From contig CAWJBB010000048.1 in NCBI GenBank assembly GCA_963840855.1, positions 1-56,627 on the forward strand: a stretch of DNA of 56,627 nucleotides. Reading direction: 5' to 3'. Under the pieces are notes generated by a model. The model saw only the letters and a list, made by a program, of their open reading frames with translations. It did not search any database and was not told the DNA's origin. The position numbers and the translations under genes are program-made. Positions within the stretch are counted from its first letter, which is position 1. Every line of letters begins with the position of its first letter. This DNA comes from an uncultured delta proteobacterium (lineage in GTDB: Bacteria > Desulfobacterota > Binatia > UBA9968). Positions 9,605 through 20,957 of this stretch are shown one piece after another.

Positions 9605-10363
9605 TTATATTTGGCTCAGAATAACCGGGCCGTCCTTGGTTATGGCGACGGAGTGCTCGAAGTGGGCCGCCAGGCTTCCATCCCTCGTCACCGCCGTCCA
9701 ACCGTCTTCTTTTATCTCGACTTCGCAGCCACCCACATTAAGCATGGGTTCGATGGCCAGAACCATGCCTTCGCGCAAACGGATGCCGCGGTCGGGCTCC
9801 CCGTAGTTGGGTACCGGTGGCTCCTCGTGCAATTTCCTGCCGATGCCGTGGCCGACGAAGGCCCGGACCACCGAGTAGCCGGCGCTTTCAGCGACCTGCT
9901 GTACGGCATGGCCAAGATCGCCCAACCGCTTCCCATCGTGCAGCTGCTCGATCCCTTTGTAAAGCGCGATCTCTGTTACCTCCATCAGCCGCCGTGCTTC
10001 GTCGCTCACGCGCCCAACGCCGACGGTGACCGCGGAATCGCCGTAAAAGCCTTCGTAAATGACGCCGTAGTCCAAGCCGATGATGTCCCCTTCGCGGAGC
10101 GCCCGGTTCGTCGGGATGCCGTGGACGATTTCTTCGTTGATCGAAGCGCAGAGACAACGGGGATAAACCCGACCGGCTACGTTATAACCCTTGAACGCCG
10201 GTATAGCGTTTTTTTTTAAGGTCAACTCCTCCGCGATGGCATCCAGCTCCAAGGTCGTCACGCCGGCAGCCACCTTTTCCTTCAACTCCCGCAGCACCTC
10301 CGCGACAATGATATTAGCGCGCTTCATAATCTCGATTTCTCGAGCCGACTTGAGCGCGATCAC
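9605..10363 (-). CDS. map: Methionine aminopeptidase, type I
   Basis: SINEEIVHGIP, GHGIG..LHEEP, AHFEHSV. Confidence 0.98.
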   Translation of the reverse strand: MIALKSAREIEIMKRANIIVAEVLRELKEKVAAGVTTLELDAIAEELTLKKNAIPAFKGYNVAGRVYPRCLCASINEEIVHGIPTNRALREGDIIGLDYGVIYEGFYGDSAVTVGVGRVSDEARRLMEVTEIALYKGIEQLHDGKRLGDLGHAVQQVAESAGYSVVRAFVGHGIGRKLHEEPPVPNYGEPDRGIRLREGMVLAIEPMLNVGGCEVEIKEDGWTAVTRDGSLAAHFEHSVAITKDGPVILSQI

Positions 10364-11022
10364 TTCCGCAGATCTCCCAGGGCCTCGATCACCCGGCGGC
10401 GAATTTCTTCGATGGTGCCGACGCCGTCGATTTCCCGCAATAGGCCTTGTTCCCGGTAATAGTTAATCAGCGGCGCGGTCTGATTTTCGTAAACCTTCAA
10501 GCGCGCCGCGATGGTCTCTTTTCGATCGTCCTCGCGCTGGTACAAGCTACCACCGCATTTGTCACAAACACCAGCCTTTTTGGACGGGCCGAAAACAACG
10601 TGATACATCGCGCCGCAGTCTTTGCAGGTGCGCCGCCCCGACAACCGCTCGACAATAACCTCAGTCGGCACCTGCACGGACAATACGCGATCCAACTGCA
10701 GCCCCAACGGCTTGAGCATTTTTTGCAAGCCATCGGCTTGCGCAAGGGTCCTGGGAAAGCCGTCCAGCAAAAAGCCTTTTTCGCAATCCTTTTCCCTAAC
10801 TCGCTGCGCAACCAAGTTTAGAATCACCGCATCGGGCACCAAGGCGCCGCGCTTAATATAGTCCGCCGCTTCTCGACCCAATGGGGTTTTCTCGGCCACC
10901 GCTTTTCTGAGAATATCGCCCGTGGAAATCTGGCAGGCGTCAAACATTTCCTGGAGCAAATTCGCCTGCGTTCCTTTTCCCGCCCCCGGCGGACCGAGCA
11001 AAACGACACGAATTCCGGCCAA
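10360..11022 (-). CDS. adk: Adenylate kinase with zinc-lid motifs
   Basis: GPPGAGKGTQA, LDGFPRT, CKDC/CDKC lid. Confidence 0.98.
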   Translation of the reverse strand: MAGIRVVLLGPPGAGKGTQANLLQEMFDACQISTGDILRKAVAEKTPLGREAADYIKRGALVPDAVILNLVAQRVREKDCEKGFLLDGFPRTLAQADGLQKMLKPLGLQLDRVLSVQVPTEVIVERLSGRRTCKDCGAMYHVVFGPSKKAGVCDKCGGSLYQREDDRKETIAARLKVYENQTAPLINYYREQGLLREIDGVGTIEEIRRRVIEALGDLRK

Positions 11023-11025
11023 CCC

Positions 11026-12336
11026 TTATCCCCTTCTCCCGCGCAAACGCCCACGCTTCATGAACCCTTCATAACTGCGGGTGATTAAGTGAGTCTCAAT
11101 CTGCGCGACGGTATCGAGGGCGACACCGACCACGATCAACAGCGCCGTCCCGCCCAGATAAAAGGGCACGTTGAACTGGGCAATCAACATCGTCGGCAAA
11201 AGGCAGACGATGCAGAGATAAACCGCGCCGCTCAGAGTGATCCGTGAAAGCACTCTTTCAATATACTCCGCGGTCTTCTGGCCGGGGCGGATGCCAGGGA
11301 TATAACCGCCCGCCTTTTTCATGTTTTCGGCGACATCCGTTGGATTGAAAACGATGGCAGTGTAAAAGAACGCGAAAAAGATGATCAATACTGCGAACGC
11401 TATATCGTGGAGCCATTGTCCCGGCGCCAGGTAACCGGCGATGGTTTGCACGAATGGATAATTGGCGAATTGCGCGGCGGTGGCCGGAAAAATCAGCAAC
11501 GAGGATGCGAAAATCGGCGGGATGACGTTGGCGGTATTCACTTTGAGCGGCAAGTGGGAACTCATGCCGCCGTACATTTTCCGTCCTACCACCCGCTTGG
11601 CATACTGCACGGGAATGCGCCTTTGGCCGCGCTCGACAAAAATGATCGCGCCCACCAGAACCACTGCAAGAACCAGCACCAAAAGGGCCACCAGCGCGCC
11701 CATCTCGCCTTCGCGCACGAACTGAAAAGTTGTCGATAACGCCGACGGCAGCCCGGCCACGATGCCGGCGAAAATAATCAATGAAATGCCGTTGCCGATA
11801 CCGCGTTCGGTGATTTGCTCGCCGAGCCACATGATAAAAGCCGTGCCTGACGTAAGCGTAATCACGGTCATGATGCGGAACTGCCAACCCGGGTCCAAAA
11901 CCAGGCCGAAGCCGCCGGGACCGCGGGTGCCTTCCAGGCCGATGCTGATCATCAAGCCCTGAATTATCGAAAGCACGATGGTGCCATAGCGCGTATACTG
12001 GGTGATCTTGCGCCGGCCCACTTCGCCCTCTTTAGAGAGCCGCTCAAGATAGGGGAAAACAACGGTCAGCAACTGAAGAATGATGGAGGCGCTGATGTAG
12101 GGCATGATCCCCAGCGAAAAAACCGAAAACTGCTCCAATGCGCCGCCCGAGAACAGGTTGAGAAAACCGAGCAAATTACCCTTTTGCTGCTCGAAAAAGG
12201 CCGCCATTGCCTGGCGGTCGATGCCCGGCGTCGGCACATGCACGCCAAGGCGGTAGACCGCGAGCATACCGAGTGTAAACAACACCCGGCGCCTGAGCTC
12301 TGGAATTCGCGAAACGTTTTGAAAACCGCTAAGCAT
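11026..12336 (-). CDS. secY: Preprotein translocase subunit SecY
   Basis: [39 protein letters not shown]. Confidence 0.99.
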   Translation of the reverse strand: MLSGFQNVSRIPELRRRVLFTLGMLAVYRLGVHVPTPGIDRQAMAAFFEQQKGNLLGFLNLFSGGALEQFSVFSLGIMPYISASIILQLLTVVFPYLERLSKEGEVGRRKITQYTRYGTIVLSIIQGLMISIGLEGTRGPGGFGLVLDPGWQFRIMTVITLTSGTAFIMWLGEQITERGIGNGISLIIFAGIVAGLPSALSTTFQFVREGEMGALVALLVLVLAVVLVGAIIFVERGQRRIPVQYAKRVVGRKMYGGMSSHLPLKVNTANVIPPIFASSLLIFPATAAQFANYPFVQTIAGYLAPGQWLHDIAFAVLIIFFAFFYTAIVFNPTDVAENMKKAGGYIPGIRPGQKTAEYIERVLSRITLSGAVYLCIVCLLPTMLIAQFNVPFYLGGTALLIVVGVALDTVAQIETHLITRSYEGFMKRGRLRGRRG

Positions 12337-12781
12337 AAATGGCGATCAACTCCACCCTGCCGCCTGAGGCCTCGATTTTTTCTTTAGCTTTGGCGGAAAA
12401 TCCGTGGGCCTTGATGGTTAACGCTTTGGACAGTAAACCGTCGCCGAGAACTTTTACGCGCCGGTTTTTGCCGCGCACCAAGCCGCGCTCTGCCAATGCG
12501 TCGGGTGTCACTTCGCTGCCCGCTGGAAAATTTTCCAACTGATCAAGATTGACGATGTCCATCGCAATTCTGAAAGGGTTATGAAATCCCCGTTTCGGTA
12601 AGCGCCGCTGCAAAGGCATCTGGCCGCCTTCGAAGCCGGGACGCGTCCCGCCGCCGGAACGCGCTCCCTGCCCCTTATGCCCGCGGCATGAAGTCTTGCC
12701 GTGGCCGGAGCCGTCGCCGCGCCCGACCCGTTTACGTTTTTTGCTCGAACCTGGGGCTGGGGATAGTTCTGACAGTTTCAT
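12329..12781 (-). CDS. rplO: 50S ribosomal protein L15
   Basis: [31 protein letters not shown]. Confidence 0.99.
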   Translation of the reverse strand: MKLSELSPAPGSSKKRKRVGRGDGSGHGKTSCRGHKGQGARSGGGTRPGFEGGQMPLQRRLPKRGFHNPFRIAMDIVNLDQLENFPAGSEVTPDALAERGLVRGKNRRVKVLGDGLLSKALTIKAHGFSAKAKEKIEASGGRVELIAIYA

Positions 12782-13281
12782 GATATGCGAATCTCCGCCA
12801 GTGCTTTGCCTCTGCGCTCGGCGATCTCCTGGGGCGCGCGTAGATCGCGTAGAGCTTCGAAGGTCGCCTTGACCATATTATGGGGATTGTTGGAGCCGAG
12901 ACACTTGGTCAAAACATTTTGAATCCCCGCCGCTTCCACCACGGCGCGCACGCCGCCGCCGGCGATCACGCCGGTTCCGTCGGAAGCCGGCTTGAGCATT
13001 ACGTAGCCAGCACCAAACCGCCCCGTCACACCGAAAGGAATAGTGCCTTCCTGCACCGGCACTCGGATGAGGTTTTTCTTCGCCTGCTCCACGCCCTTGC
13101 GAATCGCTTCCGGCACCTCGTTGGCTTTGCCGAGCCCGTAACCGACCACTGAATGACTATCGCCCACTACTATCAGCGCGCTAAAACTGAATCGGCGGCC
13201 ACCTTTCACGACCTTGGCCACCCGGCTGATGTGTACGACTTTCTCTTTTAGCTCTAATCCCTGGGAATCGATACGTTCCAA
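12778..13281 (-). CDS. rpsE: 30S ribosomal protein S5
   Basis: [25 protein letters not shown]. Confidence 0.99.
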   Translation of the reverse strand: MERIDSQGLELKEKVVHISRVAKVVKGGRRFSFSALIVVGDSHSVVGYGLGKANEVPEAIRKGVEQAKKNLIRVPVQEGTIPFGVTGRFGAGYVMLKPASDGTGVIAGGGVRAVVEAAGIQNVLTKCLGSNNPHNMVKATFEALRDLRAPQEIAERRGKALAEIRIS

Positions 13282-13306
13282 TGCTACCTCGCCTTTTGCT
13301 CTGCGG

Positions 13307-13672
13307 TTAAAATTCCAGTCCGCCCGCGCGGGCGCCTTCGGCCACCGCCTTTACCTGGCCGTGGAACTGAAACCCGTTACGGTCGAAGATCACCCGAGTG
13401 ATATTTTTCTCTTGGCATTTTTGCGCCAGAACTAAACCCACCTGCTTGGCGGCCTCCAAGCCTTTGGGCTTTTTCGCCGACGCAGCGTCACCGCCGGAAA
13501 GAGTCGATACGGCGACCAAGGTTGCGCCTTTCTCGTCGGAGATGACCTGAGCATAAATATGTTTGTTGCTGCGAAAAACACAGATTCTTGGCCGCGAATC
13601 GGTCCCTCTGACAATTTTGCGAACTCGCTCCTTGCGGCCAATCCGCGCTGCTCGTCTATAATCGCGTGCCAT
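13307..13672 (-). CDS. rplR: 50S ribosomal protein L18
   Basis: [25 protein letters not shown]. Confidence 0.98.
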   Translation of the reverse strand: MARDYRRAARIGRKERVRKIVRGTDSRPRICVFRSNKHIYAQVISDEKGATLVAVSTLSGGDAASAKKPKGLEAAKQVGLVLAQKCQEKNITRVIFDRNGFQFHGQVKAVAEGARAGGLEF

Positions 13673-13689
13673 CGTCTAACCTCTGGCGG

Positions 13690-14238
13690 CTACGCGCCGG
13701 TGGAGCCCACTGCTTTGCCGGCCTTACGCCGTATCACTTCCTCGCGGTATTTGATCCCTTTACCCTTGTAGGGCTCGGGGGGCCGCAAACTGCGAATCTT
13801 AGCCGCCGTCTCACCGACTGTTTGGCGGTCCGCCCCGCTCAAAGTAATCACAACTTGCCGCTCGACGCTGGCCGCGACGCCGGCGGGAAGGGGAAAAACC
13901 ACGGGATGGGAATAACCCAAAGTCATATGGATCTCTTGGCCTCTAACTTCGGCGCGGTAACCCACGCCGTTGATTTCGAGCACCCGGTTAAATCCCTGGC
14001 TCACCCCTTGCGTCATGTTGGCGATGAGCTTGCGCGTGAGCCCATGCAGAGCGCGCACCTTGCGGTCGTCGGAAGCGCGTTCCACGCGCACTACGTTGCC
14101 GTCAACTTTGACGGCGACGCCGGCGGGAAGCAACGACTCGAGCTTTCCCTTCGGCCCTTCCATACGGACAGCATTCGAATCGACGGCGATATTGACGCCG
14201 GCAGGAATCGTTATGGGGAGCTTTCCAATGCGCGACAC
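13690..14238 (-). CDS. rplF: 50S ribosomal protein L6
   Basis: MSRIGKLPI, RPPEPYKGKGIKY. Confidence 0.99.
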   Translation of the reverse strand: MSRIGKLPITIPAGVNIAVDSNAVRMEGPKGKLESLLPAGVAVKVDGNVVRVERASDDRKVRALHGLTRKLIANMTQGVSQGFNRVLEINGVGYRAEVRGQEIHMTLGYSHPVVFPLPAGVAASVERQVVITLSGADRQTVGETAAKIRSLRPPEPYKGKGIKYREEVIRRKAGKAVGSTGA

Positions 14239-14256
14239 GCTACACCTCTCTTGATC

Positions 14257-14661
14257 CTACCAAACCGAACAAAGTAACTCGCCACCGACTTTCGCCCTTA
14301 GCGCTACCCGATCCGCCAGGATGCCTTTCGGCGTCGAAAGGACGTTAATACCAAGTCCCTTGCGGATCGGCGGGACTTCTTTGGCGCCGACATATACTCG
14401 ACGTCCGGGGGTGCTCACCCGCACCAAACCGGAAATCACCGGCCGGTTTTCGCGGTCGAATTTGAGCTGAATGATTAATTCATCACCGCCGCCTAGCGGC
14501 GCTTTGGCTTTTTTATGATCTTTCAAATAACCTTCTTCAACCAGAATCTTGGCGATGTTTTCTTTCACGCGCGACCACGGCACGGCGACCTTTTGGTGGT
14601 GCGCCCGCGAAGCGTTGCGGATTCTCGTCAACATGTCCGCGATTGGATCCGTCATTGCCAT
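14257..14661 (-). CDS. rpsH: 30S ribosomal protein S8
   Basis: TDPIADMLTRIRNA, STPGRRVY, GGELLCSVW. Confidence 0.99.
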   Translation of the reverse strand: MAMTDPIADMLTRIRNASRAHHQKVAVPWSRVKENIAKILVEEGYLKDHKKAKAPLGGGDELIIQLKFDRENRPVISGLVRVSTPGRRVYVGAKEVPPIRKGLGINVLSTPKGILADRVALRAKVGGELLCSVW

Positions 14662-14676
14662 GATATTCTCCGCGAC

Positions 14677-14862
14677 TTACCAGCTCGCCTTGATGAGGCC
14701 TGGTACATGCCCTTTACGCGCGTGATCTCGCAAGCAAAGCCGGCACATGCGAAAACGCCGATAAAAAGCCCGCGCCCGGCCGCAAAGCGGGCAACGGTTA
14801 TATTCCCTCACTTTGAATTTATTCGGTAGTTCCGCCTTGATTCTAAGACAGGTCTTGGCCAA
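14677..14862 (-). CDS. rpsN: 30S ribosomal protein S14, short zinc-binding type
   Basis: 61 aa; YNRCPLCGR..CRLCLR. Confidence 0.97.
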   Translation of the reverse strand: MAKTCLRIKAELPNKFKVREYNRCPLCGRARAFYRRFRMCRLCLRDHARKGHVPGLIKASW

Positions 14863-14879
14863 TTGTCTTCCCCTTTTTA

Positions 14880-15419
14880 TTAAGCCGCGAACGGCATCCC
14901 CATATGTCTGAGGAGCGCTCTGCCCTCCTGGTCCGTCCGCGCCGTGGTGCTAATCGAGATTGTCATGCCCCTGGATTTTTCGACTTTATCGGCTTGAATC
15001 TCGGGAAAGATAATCTGCTCCCTCAAGCCTAGCGAATAATTGCCGCGGCCGTCAAAGGAGCGTTCCGACACCCCTTTGAAGTCGCGGACTCTGGGTAGCG
15101 CGACATGAATCAGACGGTCGAGAAACTCATACATGCGCTCGCGGCGCAAGGTCACCATGCAACCGATGGGCATACCTTCGCGCAACTTGAAGTTCGCGAT
15201 GGCCTTTTTGGCCCGCGTCACCACCGGCTTTTGCCCGGCGATGGCCGTGATTTCCGCCACGGTTGCGTCGATGGCCTTGGCATTCTGCGTCGCCTCGCCG
15301 ACGCCGACGTTAATCGTGATTTTTTCCAACCGCGGCACCTGCATGGTGTTCGTGTAGCCGAACTCCTTGACCATGGCTGGCACAACTTCATCCCAATATT
15401 TATTTTTCAAACGTGCCAT
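14880..15419 (-). CDS. rplE: 50S ribosomal protein L5
   Basis: MARLK start; [19 protein letters not shown]. Confidence 0.98.
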   Translation of the reverse strand: MARLKNKYWDEVVPAMVKEFGYTNTMQVPRLEKITINVGVGEATQNAKAIDATVAEITAIAGQKPVVTRAKKAIANFKLREGMPIGCMVTLRRERMYEFLDRLIHVALPRVRDFKGVSERSFDGRGNYSLGLREQIIFPEIQADKVEKSRGMTISISTTARTDQEGRALLRHMGMPFAA

Positions 15420-15429
15420 CGTCTTGTCG

Positions 15430-15750
15430 CTAATCCAGAGCTTCGCCGCAACGCCGGCATATCCGGATCTTCTTGCCGTCACCGAGTTGCTTGTATCCGA
15501 TGCGCACCGGCGCGTTGCATTTATCACACATGATCATGATGTTCGAGGCGTGGATGGACGCCTCTTTTTCGATGATGCCGCCGGGCTGTTGCGGGCCGCG
15601 CGGTTTGCTATGACGTTTGACCAAATTGATCCTTTCAATGATCAAAGCGTCTTTTTCCCGCAGCACGCGCAGCACCTTGCCGGTCTTGCCGCGCTCCCTT
15701 CCGGTGATCACCATAACGCTGTCGTTTTTGCGAATTTGCACGAGCCCCAT
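15430..15750 (-). CDS. rplX: 50S ribosomal protein L24
   Basis: KOW motif [27 protein letters not shown]. Confidence 0.98.
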   Translation of the reverse strand: MGLVQIRKNDSVMVITGRERGKTGKVLRVLREKDALIIERINLVKRHSKPRGPQQPGGIIEKEASIHASNIMIMCDKCNAPVRIGYKQLGDGKKIRICRRCGEALD

Positions 15751-15764
15751 TTCCTCCGTCCCGG

Positions 15765-16133
15765 CTATAGCACCTCGGGCGCCAGGGAGATGATTTTCAT
15801 GAACCGCTTCGCCCTGAGTTCGCGCGCCACGGGGCCGAAGATGCGGGTCCCCACGGGCTCCTTCTGGTTGTCGATCAATACCGCCGAATTGTTATCGAAG
15901 CGAATATAGCTCCCGTCGGAGCGGCCGGTCTCTTTCGCGGTGCGGACCACCACGGCTTTCATGACGTCGCCCTTCTTGACCTTGGCGTTGGGAATGGCCT
16001 CTTTCACCGAAACAACAATGATATCGCCGATGGAGGCGTATTTCCGCTTGCTGCCACCCAGCACCTTAATGCACTGGACTTTGCGCGCTCCCGAATTATC
16101 CGCCACATCCAACACCGTTCGCATCTGAATCAT
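15765..16133 (-). CDS. rplN: 50S ribosomal protein L14
   Basis: [27 protein letters not shown]. Confidence 0.99.
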   Translation of the reverse strand: MIQMRTVLDVADNSGARKVQCIKVLGGSKRKYASIGDIIVVSVKEAIPNAKVKKGDVMKAVVVRTAKETGRSDGSYIRFDNNSAVLIDNQKEPVGTRIFGPVARELRAKRFMKIISLAPEVL

Positions 16134-16172
16134 GAATCACCAATCACCTTCAAAACAGCTTGCCCGGCGGAG

Positions 16173-16466
16173 TTAAGCGCTGGCCCCCGCCGGCGACGCC
16201 GCTTCCGCGCTCTGAGAGCGCTCCAATACCCTGCTTACCCGCCAGCGTTTATCGCGGCTTAGCGGTCGGCACTCAACGATCAGTACGCGGTCACCCACGT
16301 GACATTGATTGCTTTCATCGTGGGCTTTCACGTGGGTCCGGCGACGACGAATCTTCATATACCGCGGATGCATAACGGTGCGCTCCACGGACACGACCAC
16401 CGTTTTTTGCATCCGGTCGCTGACGACTGTGCCGCTGCGTTCTTTTCTGAGCCCGCGATTTGTCAT
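16173..16466 (-). CDS. rpsQ: 30S ribosomal protein S17
   Basis: [23 protein letters not shown]. Confidence 0.98.
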   Translation of the reverse strand: MTNRGLRKERSGTVVSDRMQKTVVVSVERTVMHPRYMKIRRRRTHVKAHDESNQCHVGDRVLIVECRPLSRDKRWRVSRVLERSQSAEAASPAGASA

Positions 16467-16672
16467 GCCGCGCCTTTCTCTCCCTGGATCTGCCTTTCTC
16501 GCAACACCGTCTCCACCCGGGCCAAGTCTCGCTTCGTTTTGCGCAACTGCATCGGATTTTCCAAACGGCCGCTGGCGCGCTTCAGCATCAAATGGCCGAT
16601 TTGCTCGCGCAACTCGCCTTGCTTGCGCGCTAAATCATTGGCGCTCAAATCGCGCAACTCCTTAGCTTCCAT
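16463..16672 (-). CDS. rpmC: 50S ribosomal protein L29
   Basis: [24 protein letters not shown]; position in the S10 cluster. Confidence 0.96.
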   Translation of the reverse strand: MEAKELRDLSANDLARKQGELREQIGHLMLKRASGRLENPMQLRKTKRDLARVETVLRERQIQGEKGAA

Positions 16673-17087
16673 GGACCAACCCTCTTCGTTCCACCATGAC
16701 GGTCGGGATTGACAGTTTGTGCCCAGCCAAACGAAAGGCTTCCCGCGCGAGCGGCGCTTCGACGCCCTCCATTTCGAACAAGATCCGGCCCGGCTGAATC
16801 ACCGCAACCCACATTTCCGGAGAGCCCTTGCCCTTACCCATGCGGGTTTCCAACGGTTTCTTGGTCAAGGGCTTGTCCGGGAAGATGCGAATCCAGACTT
16901 TGCCGCCGCGTTTGAGATAGCGGGTCAGCGCGACGCGCGCTGCCTCGATCTCGCGCGCGCTCATCCAACCGCGGTCCAAAGCCTTGAGGCCGAAATCGCC
17001 AAAAGCCAGCGTCGAGCCGCGATAAGCGGTGCCGCGCCGCCGGCCCTTTTGCAACTTCCGGTATTTAACTTTCTTAGGTTCAAGCAT
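16662..17087 (-). CDS. rplP: 50S ribosomal protein L16
   Basis: [27 protein letters not shown]. Confidence 0.99.
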   Translation of the reverse strand: MLEPKKVKYRKLQKGRRRGTAYRGSTLAFGDFGLKALDRGWMSAREIEAARVALTRYLKRGGKVWIRIFPDKPLTKKPLETRMGKGKGSPEMWVAVIQPGRILFEMEGVEAPLAREAFRLAGHKLSIPTVMVERRGLVHGS

Positions 17088-17093
17088 CTTTCC

Positions 17094-17166
17094 AAGTTTC
17101 TGGTTTCTAGTTTCCGGTTTCTAGTTCCCTGTTAGCCAGAAACTAGAAACAAGTAACTAGAAACTA
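17094..17166. repeat. Inverted tandem heptamer repeat filling the rpsC-rplP spacer
   Basis: agtttct ggtttct agtttcc ggtttct agttccc ... ccagaaa ctagaaa caagtaa ctagaaa ct. Confidence 0.85.
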
Positions 17167-17167
17167 A

Positions 17168-17830
17168 TTACGCGCCCAGCATCGCCTTCTGTTGCTCTTC
17201 TTCCTCGGTTAAAACCTCGCCTCTAAAAATCCAAGCCTTGACGCCAATGACCCCGTAGGTCGTGCGCGCCTCGGCAAAACCATAATTGACATCCGCCCTG
17301 AGGGTGTGCAGCGGCACCCGCCCTTCGCGATACCACTCCGTGCGGGCGATTTCCGACCCACCGAGCCGCCCGGCGCACTGAATCTTCACGCCCTGCGCGC
17401 CCATGCGCATGGCCCGGGAAACGCTTTCTTTCATGGCGCGGCGAAAGGCCACGCGGCGCTCCAATTGCAGCGCGACGTTTTCAGAAACCAGCTGGGCATC
17501 GAGATCGGGACGCCGCACCTCATGAATATTGATGTAAGTCTCACGCTGGGTGAGCTTGGTGATCTCTTCTTTGAGCTTTTCGATTTCCGCGCCCTTCTTG
17601 CCGATGACGATGCCAGGACGCGACGTATAGATATTGATCTTGGCCTTGCTTGCCGCCCGTTCGATTTCGATCTTCGAGATGCCGGCGTGATAGAGCCGGG
17701 TCTTTAAGAATTTCTTGACGCGAAAATCTTCATGCAGCAGCTTGGCATAGTCATTGCGCGAGAACCATTTAGAATCCCACGATTCGATGACGCCGAGACG
17801 AAAGATCTTTGGATGCGTTTTCTGGCCCAT
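17168..17830 (-). CDS. rpsC: 30S ribosomal protein S3
   Basis: [28 protein letters not shown]. Confidence 0.99.
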   Translation of the reverse strand: MGQKTHPKIFRLGVIESWDSKWFSRNDYAKLLHEDFRVKKFLKTRLYHAGISKIEIERAASKAKINIYTSRPGIVIGKKGAEIEKLKEEITKLTQRETYINIHEVRRPDLDAQLVSENVALQLERRVAFRRAMKESVSRAMRMGAQGVKIQCAGRLGGSEIARTEWYREGRVPLHTLRADVNYGFAEARTTYGVIGVKAWIFRGEVLTEEEEQQKAMLGA

Positions 17831-17836
17831 CAGCCC

Positions 17837-18181
17837 TTATCTCCTCTCGCCGGCTTCATCCAGCACGATGGTCACGTGGCTGAGCCGCTTGCGAATGCTC
17901 GTCGCCCTACCATGGGCGCGCGGCATAAACCGTTTCCACATGCCCGCTTCGTTTACCATGATCTCTTTGACATAGAGCCGATCCACGTCGACGTTCTGGG
18001 TGTTCTCGGCATTGGCTACCGCCGTGCGCAAGGTCTTCGCCACCACGGCCGCGGAACGCTTGGGCACGAATTTTAGAATATTGAGCGCGTCCTCGACTCC
18101 CTTGCCGCGGATCTGGTCCACAACCAGGCGCACTTTGCGCGGCGAAAAACGCAGATATTTAGTAACTGCTTTTGTTTCCAT
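17837..18181 (-). CDS. rplV: 50S ribosomal protein L22
   Basis: SPRKVRLVVDQIRGK, PRAHGRA. Confidence 0.99.
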   Translation of the reverse strand: METKAVTKYLRFSPRKVRLVVDQIRGKGVEDALNILKFVPKRSAAVVAKTLRTAVANAENTQNVDVDRLYVKEIMVNEAGMWKRFMPRAHGRATSIRKRLSHVTIVLDEAGERR

Positions 18182-18217
18182 AATACCGGTCAGTTCAGTT
18201 TCATGGTGGGCCGTTGG

Positions 18218-18574
18218 CTAACTCTTGGCAGGGACCGCCGGCGCCGCCGCCGGCGCCGGCGCGGCGCCGGGAGCCGATCTGGGCATACCCGTTATCTCTT
18301 TTGCCTCTGCCTTGCGGTCCCCCGAATGGGCGAAAAACGTTCTGGTCGGCGAGAACTCACCGAGTTTGTGACCCACCATATTTTCCGTGACAAAAACGGG
18401 AATGAATTTTCTGCCGTTATGCACGCCAATGGTGATGCCGACCATCTCCGGGGCAATTGTCGAACGGCGCGACCAGGTGCGCACCACCTGTTTCTGGCGC
18501 GATTCGGTTATCACGGCGATCTTCTTCGCTAAATGCTCGTCAATAAACGGTCCCTTTTTAACCGAGCGCGCCAT
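18218..18574 (-). CDS. rpsS: 30S ribosomal protein S19 with Ala/Pro-rich C-terminal tail
   Basis: [29 protein letters not shown]. Confidence 0.99.
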   Translation of the reverse strand: MARSVKKGPFIDEHLAKKIAVITESRQKQVVRTWSRRSTIAPEMVGITIGVHNGRKFIPVFVTENMVGHKLGEFSPTRTFFAHSGDRKAEAKEITGMPRSAPGAAPAPAAAPAVPAKS

Positions 18575-18576
18575 CT

Positions 18577-19404
18577 TTATTTCGCCTTTCTGCCCTGGAC
18601 GATGTACTTGTCGGAGGCATGATTTTTTCTCGTCTTATAGCCCTTGGTAGGCTTGCCCCAGGGCGTCATCGGATGATTGCCCTTGGATCTTCCCTCGCCG
18701 CCGCCATGGGGATGGTCCACGGGATTTTTGGCGATGCCGCGGGTAACCGACCGGCGTCCGAGCCAACGCACTCTCCCAGCCTTGCCCCAGGAAATATTTT
18801 CTTGCTCCAGATTGCCGATCTGCCCTACCGTTGCCCGGCACTCGGCCAATACGTTGCGTAACTCGCCCGAGGGAAGTTTCAGCAAAGCGTAATACCCTTC
18901 CTTGGCCATCAATTGGGCGCCGGCGCCGGCGCTGCGCGCTAACTGCCCACCCTTGCCGATCCTCAGCTCGATATTGTGCACCACAGTGCCCACCGGGATG
19001 AACTTTAACGGCAACGAATTCCCCGGCTGAATGTCGATGTTGTCGTCCCCGGCGATCACCGAACTTCCGACCCTTAGCCGGTCCGGCGCCAGGATATAGC
19101 GGCGCTCGCCATCGGCGTAACAGAGCAGCGCGATGCGCGCCGAGCGATTGGGATCATATTCGATGGCTTCGACTTTGGCGGGAACATTTTTTTTGTTCCG
19201 CTTGAAATCGATCAGGCGATAAAGCCGTTTATGTCCGCCGCCGCGATGATCCGCGGTGATGCGTCCGGTGTTGTTGCGCCCGCCGCTATGTTTGAGCGGC
19301 GCGCTGAGCCCCTTCTCAGGTTTCCACTTGGTGACCTCATCGAAGGTGAGCCCGGTTCTGAATCGTATGCCCGCCGAGGTGGGCCGGTAGGTTCGTATAG
19401 CCAT
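18577..19404 (-). CDS. rplB: 50S ribosomal protein L2
   Basis: [24 protein letters not shown]. Confidence 0.99.
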   Translation of the reverse strand: MAIRTYRPTSAGIRFRTGLTFDEVTKWKPEKGLSAPLKHSGGRNNTGRITADHRGGGHKRLYRLIDFKRNKKNVPAKVEAIEYDPNRSARIALLCYADGERRYILAPDRLRVGSSVIAGDDNIDIQPGNSLPLKFIPVGTVVHNIELRIGKGGQLARSAGAGAQLMAKEGYYALLKLPSGELRNVLAECRATVGQIGNLEQENISWGKAGRVRWLGRRSVTRGIAKNPVDHPHGGGEGRSKGNHPMTPWGKPTKGYKTRKNHASDKYIVQGRKAK

Positions 19405-19416
19405 TGCTCGATCTCT

Positions 19417-19707
19417 TTATGCCCCGCCGAAAAAGTCGATCTTGTCACCCTCTCTGAGGGTCACGTAGGCCTTTTTCCACCCCGGACGTCGGCCCATGCT
19501 GCGGCCGACGCGCCGGATTTTGCCCAAGTAGCGCGCCATGCGGACTTTGACAACCTTAACTTTGAAGAGCGTCTCGACGGCCTTCTTAACTTCAATCTTA
19601 TTGGCCTCGGGACGAACCTTGAATAGCACCTGGTTCGCGCTCTCGGCCAATAATGTTCCTTTTTCCGAAACCAGCGGAGCTCGAATGATTTCCAGCGGCC
19701 CGCTCAT
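19417..19707 (-). CDS. rplW: 50S ribosomal protein L23
   Basis: PLVSEKG, ANKIEVKKAVE, WKKAYVTL. Confidence 0.98.
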   Translation of the reverse strand: MSGPLEIIRAPLVSEKGTLLAESANQVLFKVRPEANKIEVKKAVETLFKVKVVKVRMARYLGKIRRVGRSMGRRPGWKKAYVTLREGDKIDFFGGA

Positions 19708-20306
19708 GCGGCCAACCTTTCTTCGATCAACCTGAGCGCGGATTCGGTCATGATAAGATGCTCATAACGCAGCAGATCGTAGACGTTCAACCCCTCCACG
19801 CGTAGGACCTTTACTTTGGGCAGATTGCGCGCCGAACGTTCGATTTTTTCATCAGCCTCGGCTATGACGATCAACGCGCTTTGAACGTTGAGATGCGCCA
19901 GCGCCTGCGCCATGATCCTGGTCTTGGGCTGTTCAGGCGCCAAACTGTCCACGACGATAATCTTGCCGTCGCGATTCTTTAAACTCAGCGCCGAAAGCAA
20001 CGCCTTGCGCCGCGCTTTGCGCGGCATGCGATACGAGTAATCGCGCGGCTGCGGCCCGAAAATCGTGCCGCCGCCCACCCAAATCGGCGAGCGAATGCTG
20101 CCGGAGCGCGCCCGGCCCGTGCCCTTTTGACGCCAGGGCTTTTTGCCGCCTCCCCTGACGAATCCCTTAGACTTGGTTGCCGCGGTGCCCGCGCGCCGAT
20201 TGGCAAGCTGCATGAGTACCGTCTGGTGCAGCAAATGCGGACTCGCCTTGAGGTTAAAAATTTCCTCTTTGAGTTTGGGCTGGATGACGTTGACTGCCAT
20301 TTCCAA
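19704..20306 (-). CDS. rplD: 50S ribosomal protein L4 (exact start uncertain)
   Basis: GGGKKPWRQKGTGRARSGSIRSP. Confidence 0.97.
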   Translation of the reverse strand: MEMAVNVIQPKLKEEIFNLKASPHLLHQTVLMQLANRRAGTAATKSKGFVRGGGKKPWRQKGTGRARSGSIRSPIWVGGGTIFGPQPRDYSYRMPRKARRKALLSALSLKNRDGKIIVVDSLAPEQPKTRIMAQALAHLNVQSALIVIAEADEKIERSARNLPKVKVLRVEGLNVYDLLRYEHLIMTESALRLIEERLAA

Positions 20307-20939
20307 CTACCCCTTCGCGGCCCGGCTGAGGACGACCAGCCCGCGCTTGGCTCCCGGCACGGCGCCCCGCACCAACACCAAATTTTCATCCGGGCGAATA
20401 TCGACTACCTCGATGTTTTGCACCGACACCCGCTCATCACCCCAATGCCCCGCCATTTTTTTCCCTTTGCGGACTCGCCCGGGATAAGACCGGTTGCCGA
20501 TGGAGCCGCCGTGGCGAAAATATTCATGGGTGCCGTGGGACCCCGGAAAACCGCTAAACGACCAACGCTTCATGACACCTGTAAAACCATGCCCCTTCGA
20601 GGTCCCCGCTACATCGATGCGATCGCCGGCTTTAAAGAGATCGGCGGCCTTAATCTCTTGGCCAACCTCGTACTGCGACACATCGTCGAGGCGGAACTCC
20701 TTGAGCACTTCGAAGGCGCCCTTTCCGGCTTTTGCCATATGCCCTTTAAGAGCCTTGTTCACGAGTTGGGCCCTCTTGCTGCCAAAACCCACCTGCAGAG
20801 CGTTGTAACCGTCCTTGACCGTTTCCTTTTTTTGCACGACGACGCAAGGCCCGGTTTCGATCACCGTGACGGGAATAACATTCCCCTCCGGGTTGAAGAC
20901 TTGCGTCATGCCGAGTTTTCTGCCGATCAGCCCCGTCAT
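20307..20939 (-). CDS. rplC: 50S ribosomal protein L3
   Basis: [26 protein letters not shown]. Confidence 0.99.
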   Translation of the reverse strand: MTGLIGRKLGMTQVFNPEGNVIPVTVIETGPCVVVQKKETVKDGYNALQVGFGSKRAQLVNKALKGHMAKAGKGAFEVLKEFRLDDVSQYEVGQEIKAADLFKAGDRIDVAGTSKGHGFTGVMKRWSFSGFPGSHGTHEYFRHGGSIGNRSYPGRVRKGKKMAGHWGDERVSVQNIEVVDIRPDENLVLVRGAVPGAKRGLVVLSRAAKG

Positions 20940-20957
20940 GATATGATCCAGTCAAAA

